DNA of 64,000 nt, taken from NCBI GenBank assembly GCA_963703315.1, contig OY969811.1, positions 1,312,001 through 1,376,000 of the forward strand, read 5' to 3'. The stretch comes from an uncultured cyanobacterium. GTDB lineage: Bacteria > Cyanobacteriota > Cyanobacteriia > Pseudanabaenales > Pseudanabaenaceae. Below, piece after piece: positions 21,101 to 31,231 of the stretch. How positions within the stretch are numbered: position 1 is the first letter of the stretch; every line of letters begins with the position of its first letter. A program made the position numbers and the translations under genes. The notes under the pieces are model-generated. The model searched no databases. It saw only the letters and a list, made by a program, of their open reading frames with translations, and was not told the origin of the DNA.

Positions 21101-21877
21101 TTACGGTATTTTCGATATCAATTTATGCCCCAAAATATATTTGCCTTTTGGGATAATTTTACTGAGCAGTCTCCACCACATGGCTTTCCGTCGTGCGTGG
21201 GCAAATTCCTTGCGCACCTTAATTTCACTAAATTCAAAATACTCATAAGCAATTCCTTTCTTTCGATTATCATCACTTGTACGATCGCACCGCAGCTTAA
21301 TTCTTTCGAGGGTTAAGCTTGGCGAAAGATACTTGTAATGAAACAATGCATAAGCTGATGGACTCCACTGAACATTCCCAGTCGGATTGCAGTGATGCGC
21401 TCCTGGAGTGTAATTAATATTTTCAATTTTGGTTCGCTTAAAGCATATAGACTTGCTAAACCAGTCATTTGGATACTTGTCTGTAATCTTATCAGGATTG
21501 CCATTGCTGCCAACCATATCAAAACCTTGAGTCCGTAAAATCGTTACTCCAGAATCATTTAGACTTTCTAGTTCCGCTTGGTCAATCTGCAAGAATTCAT
21601 CTACATCGCAGACAATTACCCAGTCGGCTTGACTACTTTTCCACTTCTCATTCTTCATATCTGAAAGGAGTTGATCAACATAACCATTTGAAAAAATGGG
21701 AATGACTTCACAACCAAGATTTTTAGAAATGGATGCCGTGTCATCCGTGGACTCATTATCGAAAATTGTGATATTACAACTGGGGAAGCAGTTCCGATAG
21801 TGACGAATAAAATAGGGAACTAAATGAGATTCGTTATGAGCCATTGAAAAGACATGGATTTTCATTGTATATGTCAC
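21101..21877 (-). CDS. GT2-like glycosyltransferase
   Basis: FIRHY, FDNESTDDT, WVIVCDVDEF; start may be the ATG at 21865. Confidence 0.75.
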   Translation of the reverse strand: MTYTMKIHVFSMAHNESHLVPYFIRHYRNCFPSCNITIFDNESTDDTASISKNLGCEVIPIFSNGYVDQLLSDMKNEKWKSSQADWVIVCDVDEFLQIDQAELESLNDSGVTILRTQGFDMVGSNGNPDKITDKYPNDWFSKSICFKRTKIENINYTPGAHHCNPTGNVQWSPSAYALFHYKYLSPSLTLERIKLRCDRTSDDNRKKGIAYEYFEFSEIKVRKEFAHARRKAMWWRLLSKIIPKGKYILGHKLISKIP

Positions 21878-21983
21878 CAGATTGTGGAGTATTGCGACAA
21901 TTTTGTTTAATTTTGCGGTTTTTTAAAGATAAAGAATCAAATCTTTTAGATAGAATGTTGCATAAAACTCTTACTTTTAAATT

Positions 21984-22958
21984 CTACTTTAAAGTAGAAA
22001 CCTCTTGATTTTTAGAGAAGATCTTAGAGAGTAAGGCAAGTTTTTTCATGAAAACCCTATAAAGGTTCTCAATCAGCCGATAATTTACATGGGGATTGAT
22101 CGCCCTCAACAAACCATAAATTCTTATACTTGTGTTAATAGGAACTTGTCCTGACAACATAAGTCTTGTCCAATACTCTATGATTGGGATATATACTGTC
22201 TCCCAGAAATTTTTAGGTGGTTCAATATTAGATAGCAAATAGTGAATGACTACCAGTCTTCCTTCAAGGACTAATGCATTCTTTACTACTTTGCCGAGTG
22301 AATTTGCATGTGTTCTACCAAAAGTTAAAGGCTCAGCAACATAAGCGAGATCTGAAGTGAGAAAGATTTTTGACCAGAGCAACCAATCTGCTTCATAAGG
22401 CAATTGTGTGTCAAACTTGCCAGCGTTGACAAAAACAGATCGCCTTGCCATCCCTGAGAATCTAATTATGTTGAGAAAAAGCATATGCTTACACATTTCT
22501 CGACCACTTGCAACAAAATCATTATCCCAAAGACCTGGGTGGAGATGATCCATCAGATCTTTGGATAGATACAGGCGCTTACCCTGCTCATCAATTTCCC
22601 AAGATTGAGAATAGGCAAAGCCTACAGAAGGGTGATTATCCAGTTTTTCAACAAGCCTCTCCAAGAGTCGAGGATCACAACTGTCATCAGAAGCAGCGAC
22701 CATCACATATTCACCCTGTGTACAGTCTAAGCCTTCGTTCCAACGTTTCAAGGGGGAATCGTTTTCAGCACAATATTTCACAGAAACTCTAGGATCTTTT
22801 GTGTATCGCTGAATTACATCAACACTGTTATCCGTCGAGCCATTCTCAATAATGAGCAATTCAAAGTCTTGATAGGTTTGGTCTAGGAAACTTTGAATGC
22901 GTTCATCTAGATACTGAGAGTAGTTATAGTTAACAACAACAACACTAACCTTTGGCAT
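21984..22958 (-). CDS. GT2 glycosyltransferase
   Basis: PKVSVVVVNYN..YL..RIQS.LDQTYQDFELLII.NGSTD; SDD. Confidence 0.9.
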   Translation of the reverse strand: MPKVSVVVVNYNYSQYLDERIQSFLDQTYQDFELLIIENGSTDNSVDVIQRYTKDPRVSVKYCAENDSPLKRWNEGLDCTQGEYVMVAASDDSCDPRLLERLVEKLDNHPSVGFAYSQSWEIDEQGKRLYLSKDLMDHLHPGLWDNDFVASGREMCKHMLFLNIIRFSGMARRSVFVNAGKFDTQLPYEADWLLWSKIFLTSDLAYVAEPLTFGRTHANSLGKVVKNALVLEGRLVVIHYLLSNIEPPKNFWETVYIPIIEYWTRLMLSGQVPINTSIRIYGLLRAINPHVNYRLIENLYRVFMKKLALLSKIFSKNQEVSTLK

Positions 22959-23008
22959 TGCCGACCTCTTAAAAAAATCAAGCTTTGGAAGTAATAATAT
23001 TGGTAGTA

Positions 23009-23827
23009 TTAGGCAGCATGAGGTTTGGAGTTCCCATTGTTTTTTGTATAGCGCTTATCCCAAACAGCCCAAGAGGTATTACCAGTAGCATACATTTGAT
23101 CGAACATGGTCTTTTCTTTAAAAGTATCCATACAAGCCCAAAATCCTTGATTTTTGTATGCGACTAGTTCATTCTTTTGGATCAGTCGTTGGAATGGCTC
23201 AATTACTAGTTCCTCTCCGTCGTGAATGTAATCAAAAATAGACTGCTTGAAAGCAAAAAAACCACCGTTAATCCACATCCCAGAATTGCCAACAGGTTTA
23301 ATGCTCTCTACGAGTTCATCTTTATTCCATGAAACAACATGAAAAGATTGAGATGGCTCTACAGCTAAAAAGCTAGCAACTTTATCATGCTTGCGAAAGT
23401 TGTCAAGATACAAATCAAGATTGAGGTCAGTAAGACCATCTGAATAGTTTGCCAAGAATGTATCTTCTCCTGTCAAGAAATCCTTAACAGCTACTAAACG
23501 TTGTCCAAGATTGGAATTTAGTCCAGTATCAACAAACGTAATTTCCCAATCTTCAATATCACTAGTATGTAGCTCAACATTCTTGCCACCTTTAGATATG
23601 GTGAAGTTGTTTGACATACACTCGTTATAGTTCAGGAAATATTTTTTAATATAATCTCCTCGGTAACCAAGGCATAGAATAAATTCTTTATGTCCAAAAT
23701 GAGCATAGTAGCGCATTAAATGCCAAATAATAGGACGATAGCCAATCTCGACCATTGGCTTTGGAATGGTTTCAGAATATTCTTTTAACCTAGTACCAAG
23801 ACCACCACAGAATAATACAACTTTCAT
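23009..23827 (-). CDS. rfbF: Glucose-1-phosphate cytidylyltransferase
   Basis: GGLGTRLKEYSETIPKPMVEIG; WINGGFF; GFWACMDTFKE. Confidence 0.85.
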   Translation of the reverse strand: MKVVLFCGGLGTRLKEYSETIPKPMVEIGYRPIIWHLMRYYAHFGHKEFILCLGYRGDYIKKYFLNYNECMSNNFTISKGGKNVELHTSDIEDWEITFVDTGLNSNLGQRLVAVKDFLTGEDTFLANYSDGLTDLNLDLYLDNFRKHDKVASFLAVEPSQSFHVVSWNKDELVESIKPVGNSGMWINGGFFAFKQSIFDYIHDGEELVIEPFQRLIQKNELVAYKNQGFWACMDTFKEKTMFDQMYATGNTSWAVWDKRYTKNNGNSKPHAA

Positions 23828-23863
23828 GATTACACTTGTTTAGTTGGTTAGTTAATCTTCTAT

Positions 23864-24123
23864 CAGTAATTCGGACATTTTTTTAACGAGGCTATAAGGC
23901 TTGTAGGGCAGTATTTTGATTTAATTAGCTGTTGGCTCAAAAGCTAACGGTAATTTAAATAAAGACCAAAATACTAGCCCTATATGGGAGCATTGATACA
24001 AGGTTTTGAAACTTTCCGAAGTATTGCACTAAAAAATGAGGAAATTATGAAGCTTAAAAAAACAAAGGTTTACAGAAATTATGACTACCTACCTATTAAT
24101 CGCAGAAAATGTCCGAAATATTG
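23864..24123. mobile_element. 260-bp MITE with 18-bp imperfect terminal inverted repeats and a 6-bp target duplication
   Basis: Left end CAGTAATTCGGACATTTT, right end AAAATGTCCGAAATATTG; TTCTAT directly flanks both ends. Confidence 0.7.
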
Positions 24124-24181
24124 TTCTATAATTTTGCATTAATTTGCATTAAAATTTAAATTAATTTTCAACTATTAATAA

Positions 24182-25537
24182 CTATTTACCATTAGCAATC
24201 TTTTTGTTACATTCTTGCAATAATCCAGTTTGCAATAAAGCGATCGCAGCTTTCGCTATCAATTGAAATTTGATTTTAGATCTTATAGATATGTCTAATA
24301 AGGTATGATTGCCATCAGAAAAATTAAGTACCCATAGTAGTGCCATTTCATGAACTTTTTTATCTTGTACACCACCTAAGCTTCCATAAAGTCCGCGTTT
24401 ACCTAACTGAGGTTCACATTTCGGATTTATGTTTAGGTATGTTTTATTGTTTTCTAAAATTTCCACAATATTGAGATAAGCCGTCCAAGATTCTTCTAGG
24501 CAAGTAGGTTTAACAAACTCTAAGTTATCAGCTGACGTATGGTATTCAGGATAACGACCAAAAGGGGTTCTCCCTAGTCTGCCGATTGGAAGGTTAAAGC
24601 CAGGTGAACAGTACTGCCTTTCATCATATCCATAGGGAGAAAACTCTTCAATAGTGTAGTGTGTGTTTAAATGATGTAAGACATGGGTAACAACTTGATC
24701 AATTTCTGCATTACCTTGGCGACTTTGTTTATAGGTCATACTGCCACTGTCCCCAACTCCTGATATCACTAATCCATGCTTTATTTGATGAGTTTTACTC
24801 TCATTTAAACTAAGCCAAGTAATTGAGCCAATTGTTCCAGGTATAAAGAGAAAGCGATAAGAATATCGCCTTGTCAAAGAGCTAATATATTGAGCTAGAA
24901 ATGTTGCTAAAGCCATACCTGAAAGATTGTCATTACATAAAGATGGGTGGCAAACATGACATGAAAATATAACCTCTTCATCAGTTTCTCCAGACAGGTA
25001 ATATTCTCCATAGGTTAGATAGCCATCTTGAAGCGAAGAATCAATATAGACTTCGTATTCTCCCTCTTCAAGATTTTGAAGATCGTTATGACTGAGGCAA
25101 AAGCCCCAAGTCTCATGATAGTAAGAAGTTCGGTAGGGAATCCAATGAGGATGTTCTGGAAGTGTAAACAAATGTTTACTTAAATCTGCCAAAGACATCG
25201 TTTGATGAGTTGGGATACTGTAGTTCACTACATGAAGGTTTGATTTCTGAAAATCAATAACTTTCTGTCCATATTTATCTTTTACATAAGCATCTTTAAC
25301 ATTCCACTCCTTGGGAACTTCCCAATCAAATACTTTCGTTCCTGTAGGCACTTCATGGATTTCCAACGGAATGTGCTTTTGTAGTATATGTAGTGATTGA
25401 CGAACTCCGTCACCAGTTATACTGCGACAAATTGGATATAGCTCTTCAATGAGATCATACATTTTTAAGCCAATTTGTTGTGTATTTATTTGGATTTCCG
25501 AGTTGTTAAGCATATTTACTACTTTAGATAATTTCAA
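24182..25537 (-). CDS. DUF4910 (aminopeptidase-like fold) polysaccharide-biosynthesis protein
   Basis: LYPICRSITGDGVR; IPYRTSYY; HVCHPSLCNDNLSG; YDERQYCSPG; start may be the ATG at 25513. Confidence 0.85.
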   Translation of the reverse strand: MKLSKVVNMLNNSEIQINTQQIGLKMYDLIEELYPICRSITGDGVRQSLHILQKHIPLEIHEVPTGTKVFDWEVPKEWNVKDAYVKDKYGQKVIDFQKSNLHVVNYSIPTHQTMSLADLSKHLFTLPEHPHWIPYRTSYYHETWGFCLSHNDLQNLEEGEYEVYIDSSLQDGYLTYGEYYLSGETDEEVIFSCHVCHPSLCNDNLSGMALATFLAQYISSLTRRYSYRFLFIPGTIGSITWLSLNESKTHQIKHGLVISGVGDSGSMTYKQSRQGNAEIDQVVTHVLHHLNTHYTIEEFSPYGYDERQYCSPGFNLPIGRLGRTPFGRYPEYHTSADNLEFVKPTCLEESWTAYLNIVEILENNKTYLNINPKCEPQLGKRGLYGSLGGVQDKKVHEMALLWVLNFSDGNHTLLDISIRSKIKFQLIAKAAIALLQTGLLQECNKKIANGK

Positions 25538-25743
25538 TTTCTACTATTTCTGATCTAGCATTTCACAGCTTAGTAAAGTACGGGATTGTTTCCCCGCCAA
25601 AGGCGGGGAAACAATCCTCTATACCTCATTTGCTTGAAAGATGTTACTACTTTCTCAAATTTAAGACTTACACAAAAACACCTTAAAAAACTTGTTTTAT
25701 CGCAGGAAAAATTTTTCAACTTTTCCTGCAATTCTTTTTTCTG

Positions 25744-26289
25744 TTACTGAGTAATCATTGCTGGAATATAGTCTTTGTATTGCTGATCACGCTCAGATAT
25801 AACACTAATTTCTTCTAACCATTGAATCTTAAATATTGGATCATTCCAGCGAAATCCAATAGCACAATTCGGGCTGTAGAAATCGGACATCTGATAAAAG
25901 ATTTCGGTGTTATCTTCCAATGTTTGAAAGCCATGAGCAAAACCTTTTGGAATGTATAGAGCTTTACTATTTTCAGCAGTAAGGGTAATAGCTATCCACT
26001 GTAAATAGGTTGTAGAATCTAAACGGAGATCTATAATAACGTCATAGATTGACCCTCTCGTGCAACGTACAAGTTTTGTCTCTGATGATGGAGGGAGTTG
26101 TAAATGCATTCCTCGTAGTGTTCCTTTTTTTTTATTAAAAGAAATACTACATTGCACTAAGTTGGAATCAAGGTTTCGAGCTTGAAACTCTTTCTGACAC
26201 CAAGTACGTGCAAAATATCCGCGATCATCCTTCAGTTTTTCTGGCTCAACAATGTAAGCACCTTCTAGATCAGTTTGTGTGAATAGCAT
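25744..26289 (-). CDS. rfbC: NDP-4-keto-6-deoxyhexose 3,5-epimerase
   Basis: DDRGYFAR; GTLRGMH; YIPKGFAHGFQTL. Confidence 0.9.
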   Translation of the reverse strand: MLFTQTDLEGAYIVEPEKLKDDRGYFARTWCQKEFQARNLDSNLVQCSISFNKKKGTLRGMHLQLPPSSETKLVRCTRGSIYDVIIDLRLDSTTYLQWIAITLTAENSKALYIPKGFAHGFQTLEDNTEIFYQMSDFYSPNCAIGFRWNDPIFKIQWLEEISVISERDQQYKDYIPAMITQ

Positions 26290-26296
26290 CTATATT

Positions 26297-27577
26297 TTAG
26301 GAGTAAATTTGGATTTCAGGGATTGGTACAACAAATTGACCACCCCAGTCACGAATCATACTCATTTGTTCGATGATTTCGTCTTTAAAGTTCCAAGGCA
26401 AAATTAGTACATAGTCTGGCTTGGTTTCTTGAATCTTGCTAGGTGCATAAATGGGAATATGCGTTCCTGGTAAAAACTTGCCATGCTTGTAGGGATTGCG
26501 ATCTACTGTATAGTCCAGAAAATCTGTACGAATGCCGCAGTAATTGAGTAATGTGTTACCTTTACCGGGTGCGCCATAACCGACGACAGTTTTTCCTTCA
26601 CGCTTAGCTTTGATTAAAAAGTCGAGTAATTTTCTCTTGGTTTCTCGGACTTGTTCATCAAAGTTGGTATAGCGTTCAATGGAAGCAAAGCCAGCTAATT
26701 TTTCACGCTCTCTCAATTCCACTGCGCGATCGCTAATTGGTTTTGATAGGTCATCGACATGACGAGCATAAACTCGCAAAGAGCCACCATGAGTTGGTAA
26801 CTCCTCCACATCAAACATTGTTAAACCATGCGCTGCAAAAATCTTTTCAAGGGTTGTGAAGGTGTGATAGCAGAAATGCTCATGATAAATTGTGTCAAAT
26901 TGATTGGATGCCATCAACTTTACTAGATGTTGAATTTCGCCAGTAGCAACACCTTGGGGCTTAAGCAAAATCTTGATCCCTGCTACAAAATCGTTCAAAT
27001 CTGGTACATGAGCAAGCACATTATTCGCGGCAATCAAATCGGCTTGCTTGCCCTGCTCAACTAGTTTACGCGCACATTCTTGTCCAAAGAATTCATTTAA
27101 AGTGGGAACACCTTTAGCGATCGCGACCTTGGCGATGTTAGCCGCAGGTTCAACCCCAAGCACAGGAATATTTTTTTCAACAAAGTATTGCAGCAGATAG
27201 CCATCATTGCTAGCAAGCTCAATCACCTGACTATTTTCATTGAGATGGAATCGCTCAACTACCTGATCAGTATATGCTTTGCATTGTTTCAGCCAAGTAT
27301 CTGCATAGGAAGAGAAATAGGCATATTCCGTAAATATATGCTCTGGACTAACATAAGCCTCCAATTGAGCTAAAAAACAATTTTCGCAAACTCGAACGTG
27401 TAATGGATAAAAAGCTTCCATCTGATTAAGTTGTTCTGAGCTTAAAAAACTCTCACACAATGGAGACATTCCCAGATCAACTAAGGTATGCTTCAATCCA
27501 GATCCACAAAACTGACATTTAGGTGTTTTAGTGATTTCTCGATCAACTACGATCGCAGTCTCAGCTTGTTGACTCAT
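26297..27577 (-). CDS. NDP-hexose C-methyltransferase (Zn-binding, SAM-dependent)
   Basis: CQFC...CENC; ELASNDGYLL; FDTIYHEH; GYGAPGKGNTLLN. Confidence 0.85.
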   Translation of the reverse strand: MSQQAETAIVVDREITKTPKCQFCGSGLKHTLVDLGMSPLCESFLSSEQLNQMEAFYPLHVRVCENCFLAQLEAYVSPEHIFTEYAYFSSYADTWLKQCKAYTDQVVERFHLNENSQVIELASNDGYLLQYFVEKNIPVLGVEPAANIAKVAIAKGVPTLNEFFGQECARKLVEQGKQADLIAANNVLAHVPDLNDFVAGIKILLKPQGVATGEIQHLVKLMASNQFDTIYHEHFCYHTFTTLEKIFAAHGLTMFDVEELPTHGGSLRVYARHVDDLSKPISDRAVELREREKLAGFASIERYTNFDEQVRETKRKLLDFLIKAKREGKTVVGYGAPGKGNTLLNYCGIRTDFLDYTVDRNPYKHGKFLPGTHIPIYAPSKIQETKPDYVLILPWNFKDEIIEQMSMIRDWGGQFVVPIPEIQIYS

Positions 27578-27697
27578 TAGTTACCTCACAAAAAAATTAC
27601 TAAAAAATTACTATATAGCTGTCGCTAGTCTTGTTAGGACGCAAAACCAGAAGACGAGTTGCGGCGCAAAGCGCCGCAACTCGTCTTCATTGAAAAA

Positions 27698-28768
27698 TCA
27701 ACTAAGCGACATGAAGTTATCAATATCAGCTTTAGTAACCGCTTGCATATCCTCACCTGCTTGATAGGACTTATTCCATAGGATAATTTGCTTTAAGGAA
27801 TCTTCTAGAGACAAGCTTGGTTCCCATCCTAGTTTCAGCCGAGCTTTTGAACAATCTAAACTCAGAGAGTTCGCTTCATGGGGCTGATGTGCTTTATCCT
27901 GTTCCCACGAAGCACCTTCTCCCCATAGAGAAATTAGCTGTTCGACTAACCAACCTACTGGTTTGATCGATGATTCATAAGGTCCAAAATTCCAAGCATC
28001 AGCAAAGGCGGAACCATTTTCGTAAAGACGCTCTGCGAGGGTTAGATAACCATTGAGCGCATCTAGTACGTGTTGCCAAGGGCGAGTCGCGTAGGGATTG
28101 CGAATCAAGACAGGCTGTTTATTGAGGATTGACTTAGTAATATCGGCAACTAAGCCATCAGGTGTCCAATCACCACCACCGATGACGTTGCCTGCCCGTG
28201 CAGTAGCGATCGCCACACTATGATCAGCATATTCACTAGGATGGAAAAAGGAGTTGCGATAGGAAGCTGTTACTAATTCAGAACAAGCTTTACTGCTACT
28301 GTAGGGATCATAACCACCTAAAGGGTCATTTTCGCGATAGCCCCAGACCCATTCTCGATTCTCATAACATTTGTCCGTAGTCACATTCACGACTACGCGC
28401 ACACCGCCAACCTGACGAATTGCTTCCAATAGATTGACAGTACCCATGACGTTAGTACTGTAATTAGATACAGGATCAATATAGGAAGAACGTACCACCG
28501 ATTGAGCCGCCATGTGAATGACTATTTCTGGCTTAAAATCAGCAATGACTTTTTGGAGATATTCGCGATCGCAAATATCTCCAATTACAGATTCCATTCT
28601 TTCTGCTACACGCGCAACTTCAAATAAACTAGGATCTGTTGGAGGCTGTAAAGCATAACCTAATAAATTAACTCCAATAGATTGCAGCCACAAGGACAGC
28701 CAACTACCTTTAAAACCAGTATGTCCTGTCAGTAATACTCGTTTGCCATGCCAAAAAGCGGTATTCAT
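27698..28768 (-). CDS. rfbG: CDP-glucose 4,6-dehydratase
   Basis: TGHTGFKGSWL; TTDKCYEN; DPYSSSK; RPWQHVL. Confidence 0.92.
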   Translation of the reverse strand: MNTAFWHGKRVLLTGHTGFKGSWLSLWLQSIGVNLLGYALQPPTDPSLFEVARVAERMESVIGDICDREYLQKVIADFKPEIVIHMAAQSVVRSSYIDPVSNYSTNVMGTVNLLEAIRQVGGVRVVVNVTTDKCYENREWVWGYRENDPLGGYDPYSSSKACSELVTASYRNSFFHPSEYADHSVAIATARAGNVIGGGDWTPDGLVADITKSILNKQPVLIRNPYATRPWQHVLDALNGYLTLAERLYENGSAFADAWNFGPYESSIKPVGWLVEQLISLWGEGASWEQDKAHQPHEANSLSLDCSKARLKLGWEPSLSLEDSLKQIILWNKSYQAGEDMQAVTKADIDNFMSLS

Positions 28769-28870
28769 GGATTTTTCACCTTCTATTTAGGCTTTAAGGG
28801 ATGCGTAAGTTTTAAAATTTAAATTTTTAAAATTTGATCTGTGTTTTGTTTTAGCGCAAAGCGCTGTAAC

Positions 28871-29299
28871 TCATACTACAAAGTGAAAATCTCTAATGCC
28901 ACTATAGTCAATTGTGCGTGCATTTTTGCGAGTAAACTCACTAACTGAAGGATTTCCATCAGGGTTGATTGCTCCAGTTGTATATTGCCAAAGGTCACGA
29001 GGAGCATTCAAAACTCGAAAAGTCCGATCCTCATTTTTATGGATATGATACCAATTACTCTTCTGACATTGATCACACCAAAAGGCTTCTACCCATTCTC
29101 CCTCTAAGGGAACGGCTGCTCGATTTGCCACTAATCTTAAAGCATTCTGCCGAGGTATCCCTCTTTGCTGCAATTGTTCGGGGCGATCGGCAAACAATGG
29201 ATATTTCTGACTGACACTATCAAGATAACATCCATGTATTGGGCAATAGATAGCCCTTCGTTTTGATCTTTTTCGATTTCGGTCACACCTCTTCTGCAA
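28871..29299 (-). CDS. Small basic Cys/His protein (putative zinc ribbon); first gene of the polysaccharide run
   Basis: TTG start with AGGAGG just upstream; CPIH...CDQC. Confidence 0.7.
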   Translation of the reverse strand: MQKRCDRNRKRSKRRAIYCPIHGCYLDSVSQKYPLFADRPEQLQQRGIPRQNALRLVANRAAVPLEGEWVEAFWCDQCQKSNWYHIHKNEDRTFRVLNAPRDLWQYTTGAINPDGNPSVSEFTRKNARTIDYSGIRDFHFVV

Positions 29300-30192
29300 T
29301 TTAACCTCCTACTACCACTAAAGTAAAAAACAAAAATGGGAAGATTATGTTGACAGGACTGAGATCTGTAAAGACCATCAAAGCCCTTGCCTAAACGAAT
29401 AAGATATTTAGTTGTAATTTTAGCAACCTATAATTTTATAAGCTACATCAATAGCTGTATACATCATATATAAGTTAGCAAACAAGGGTAAAAGTTATAA
29501 CAAAGTTATCTAAACTTTTAGGATTATCATTATTCTTGCATAATGGTGGTACAAATCAAACAACCTAGCTCTGTGTAATTTAAAATTAAAGATGCCCCAC
29601 CTATATCAAAAAGCTGTGTTTCGGAAAAAACTTTTCTTGTGTCCTAAATATCAAATTAACTAAGTCAAGACTTTGCTCTATCACTATTTCTACAATCTCC
29701 AGATTTTAATTTTGGGAATTTTTAGGCTAGTGGCTAGTAAGTTAGTAAAATTAAGCATATTATTAAAAATATTTTTTCATGCTTAGCCATTTGAGAAATC
29801 ATTCATAATGATTATGATTTCTCAATCTATTGACATTGCAAAACCATAAGAATTATAATCGTCTGGAAATATAAACATTTAAAAACTCGATTAGTTTTAG
29901 ATGCTTTGCACTCACCACAATAGTTGTGTCTTATAAATCGTTTGAAGTTTTATGTAATGATAATCAGTAACTATTTCTTAGATTGCAAGCTATCTTTCTT
30001 AGCAACACTTTAGGTTTATATATTTATCTATTTAAGTGATTTCCATAGGTTTAAGTAGTTTCCAAAGTAAAAAATATACCTAAGAAGTATAGGATTCTAT
30101 CTATTGGTCATTGTCTTTCTAGATGCAAACACTCTCTTTCTACACTCCTCAGCTAGAAGAGCAACTTGTTATTTAATTTTTAGAATTTTCAT

Positions 30193-30984
30193 TTGAGCGA
30201 TAGAAGTTATATGGATAATTTTGAAATGCCTACTCAAAACTTGATTGGCACTCCAGTCTGCACTTTATCCTTCGATGAGCAAATAGATTTAATGATATCT
30301 TGGGCAAAAAACTACCAAAGTAAGGTGGTGTGTGTATCTAATGTCCATATGTTGATTGAAGCGTGGCAAAATTCTCACTTTGCTGATGTGTTGCACAGGG
30401 CTGATCTAGTTACACCAGATGGTATGCCATTAGTTTGGATGCTGAAATTGCTAGGAGCAAAGCGATCGCAGAGGGTGGCAGGCATGGATATTTTTCGGGC
30501 TGTTTGTGCACAAGCAGTAACTACCAAAATAAGCATATTTCTCTTGGGATCAAAGCCTGAAGTACTTGATCAGATTTGTCAGAGATTGCAGGAAGAATAT
30601 CCTATGTTGAAGGTGGCTGGAGTCGAATCTCCTCCTTTTGCTCCACTTGGTACTGCCGCAGATATGAATATTGTGCAGAAGATTAACGACAGTGGGGCAG
30701 GGATAGTATTTGTTGCTTTGGGTTGCCCAAAACAAGAACTATGGATGTCATTGTATAAAGACAAAGTGCAGGCGGTCATGGTGGGAGTAGGAGCTGTGTT
30801 TGCTGTTTATGGTGGTGTACTAAAGCCAACGCCTAAGTTTATCCAAAACATTGGTTTTGAGTGGCTATTTCGACTTGTACAAGAGCCTAAACGTCTTTGG
30901 AAACGTTACTTTACGACTATTCCAGTTTTTATATATCTAGCACTGAAGCAGCTTTACTCTAAGGACAAACAGCTATTGAAATAG
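30193..30984 (+). CDS. WecB/TagA/CpsF glycosyltransferase
   Basis: DLVTPDGMP; VALGCPKQE; GFEWLFRLVQEPKRLWKRY; start uncertain. Confidence 0.9.
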   Translation: MSDRSYMDNFEMPTQNLIGTPVCTLSFDEQIDLMISWAKNYQSKVVCVSNVHMLIEAWQNSHFADVLHRADLVTPDGMPLVWMLKLLGAKRSQRVAGMDIFRAVCAQAVTTKISIFLLGSKPEVLDQICQRLQEEYPMLKVAGVESPPFAPLGTAADMNIVQKINDSGAGIVFVALGCPKQELWMSLYKDKVQAVMVGVGAVFAVYGGVLKPTPKFIQNIGFEWLFRLVQEPKRLWKRYFTTIPVFIYLALKQLYSKDKQLLK

Positions 30985-31231
30985 CTCTTAAGGTATGTAT
31001 ATCTTGACTTACTAATCTGGTTACCATAAATTAAGGTTATCTCAATACATAAAAATCTAATAAATTAGAGGTTTTCTCATTACATTGTCTAACTCAAAGC
31101 CTGTTTAGCTATGAATTAGACTAGCTTAATAGGCTTTAAGCATTTGCAATACAGAGTAGGGATTAGCCTATAATCGTTAAAAAATTAGGCTTAGCAAGAT
31201 CACTCAATCAGTATATGCACGGAAATAAAAG

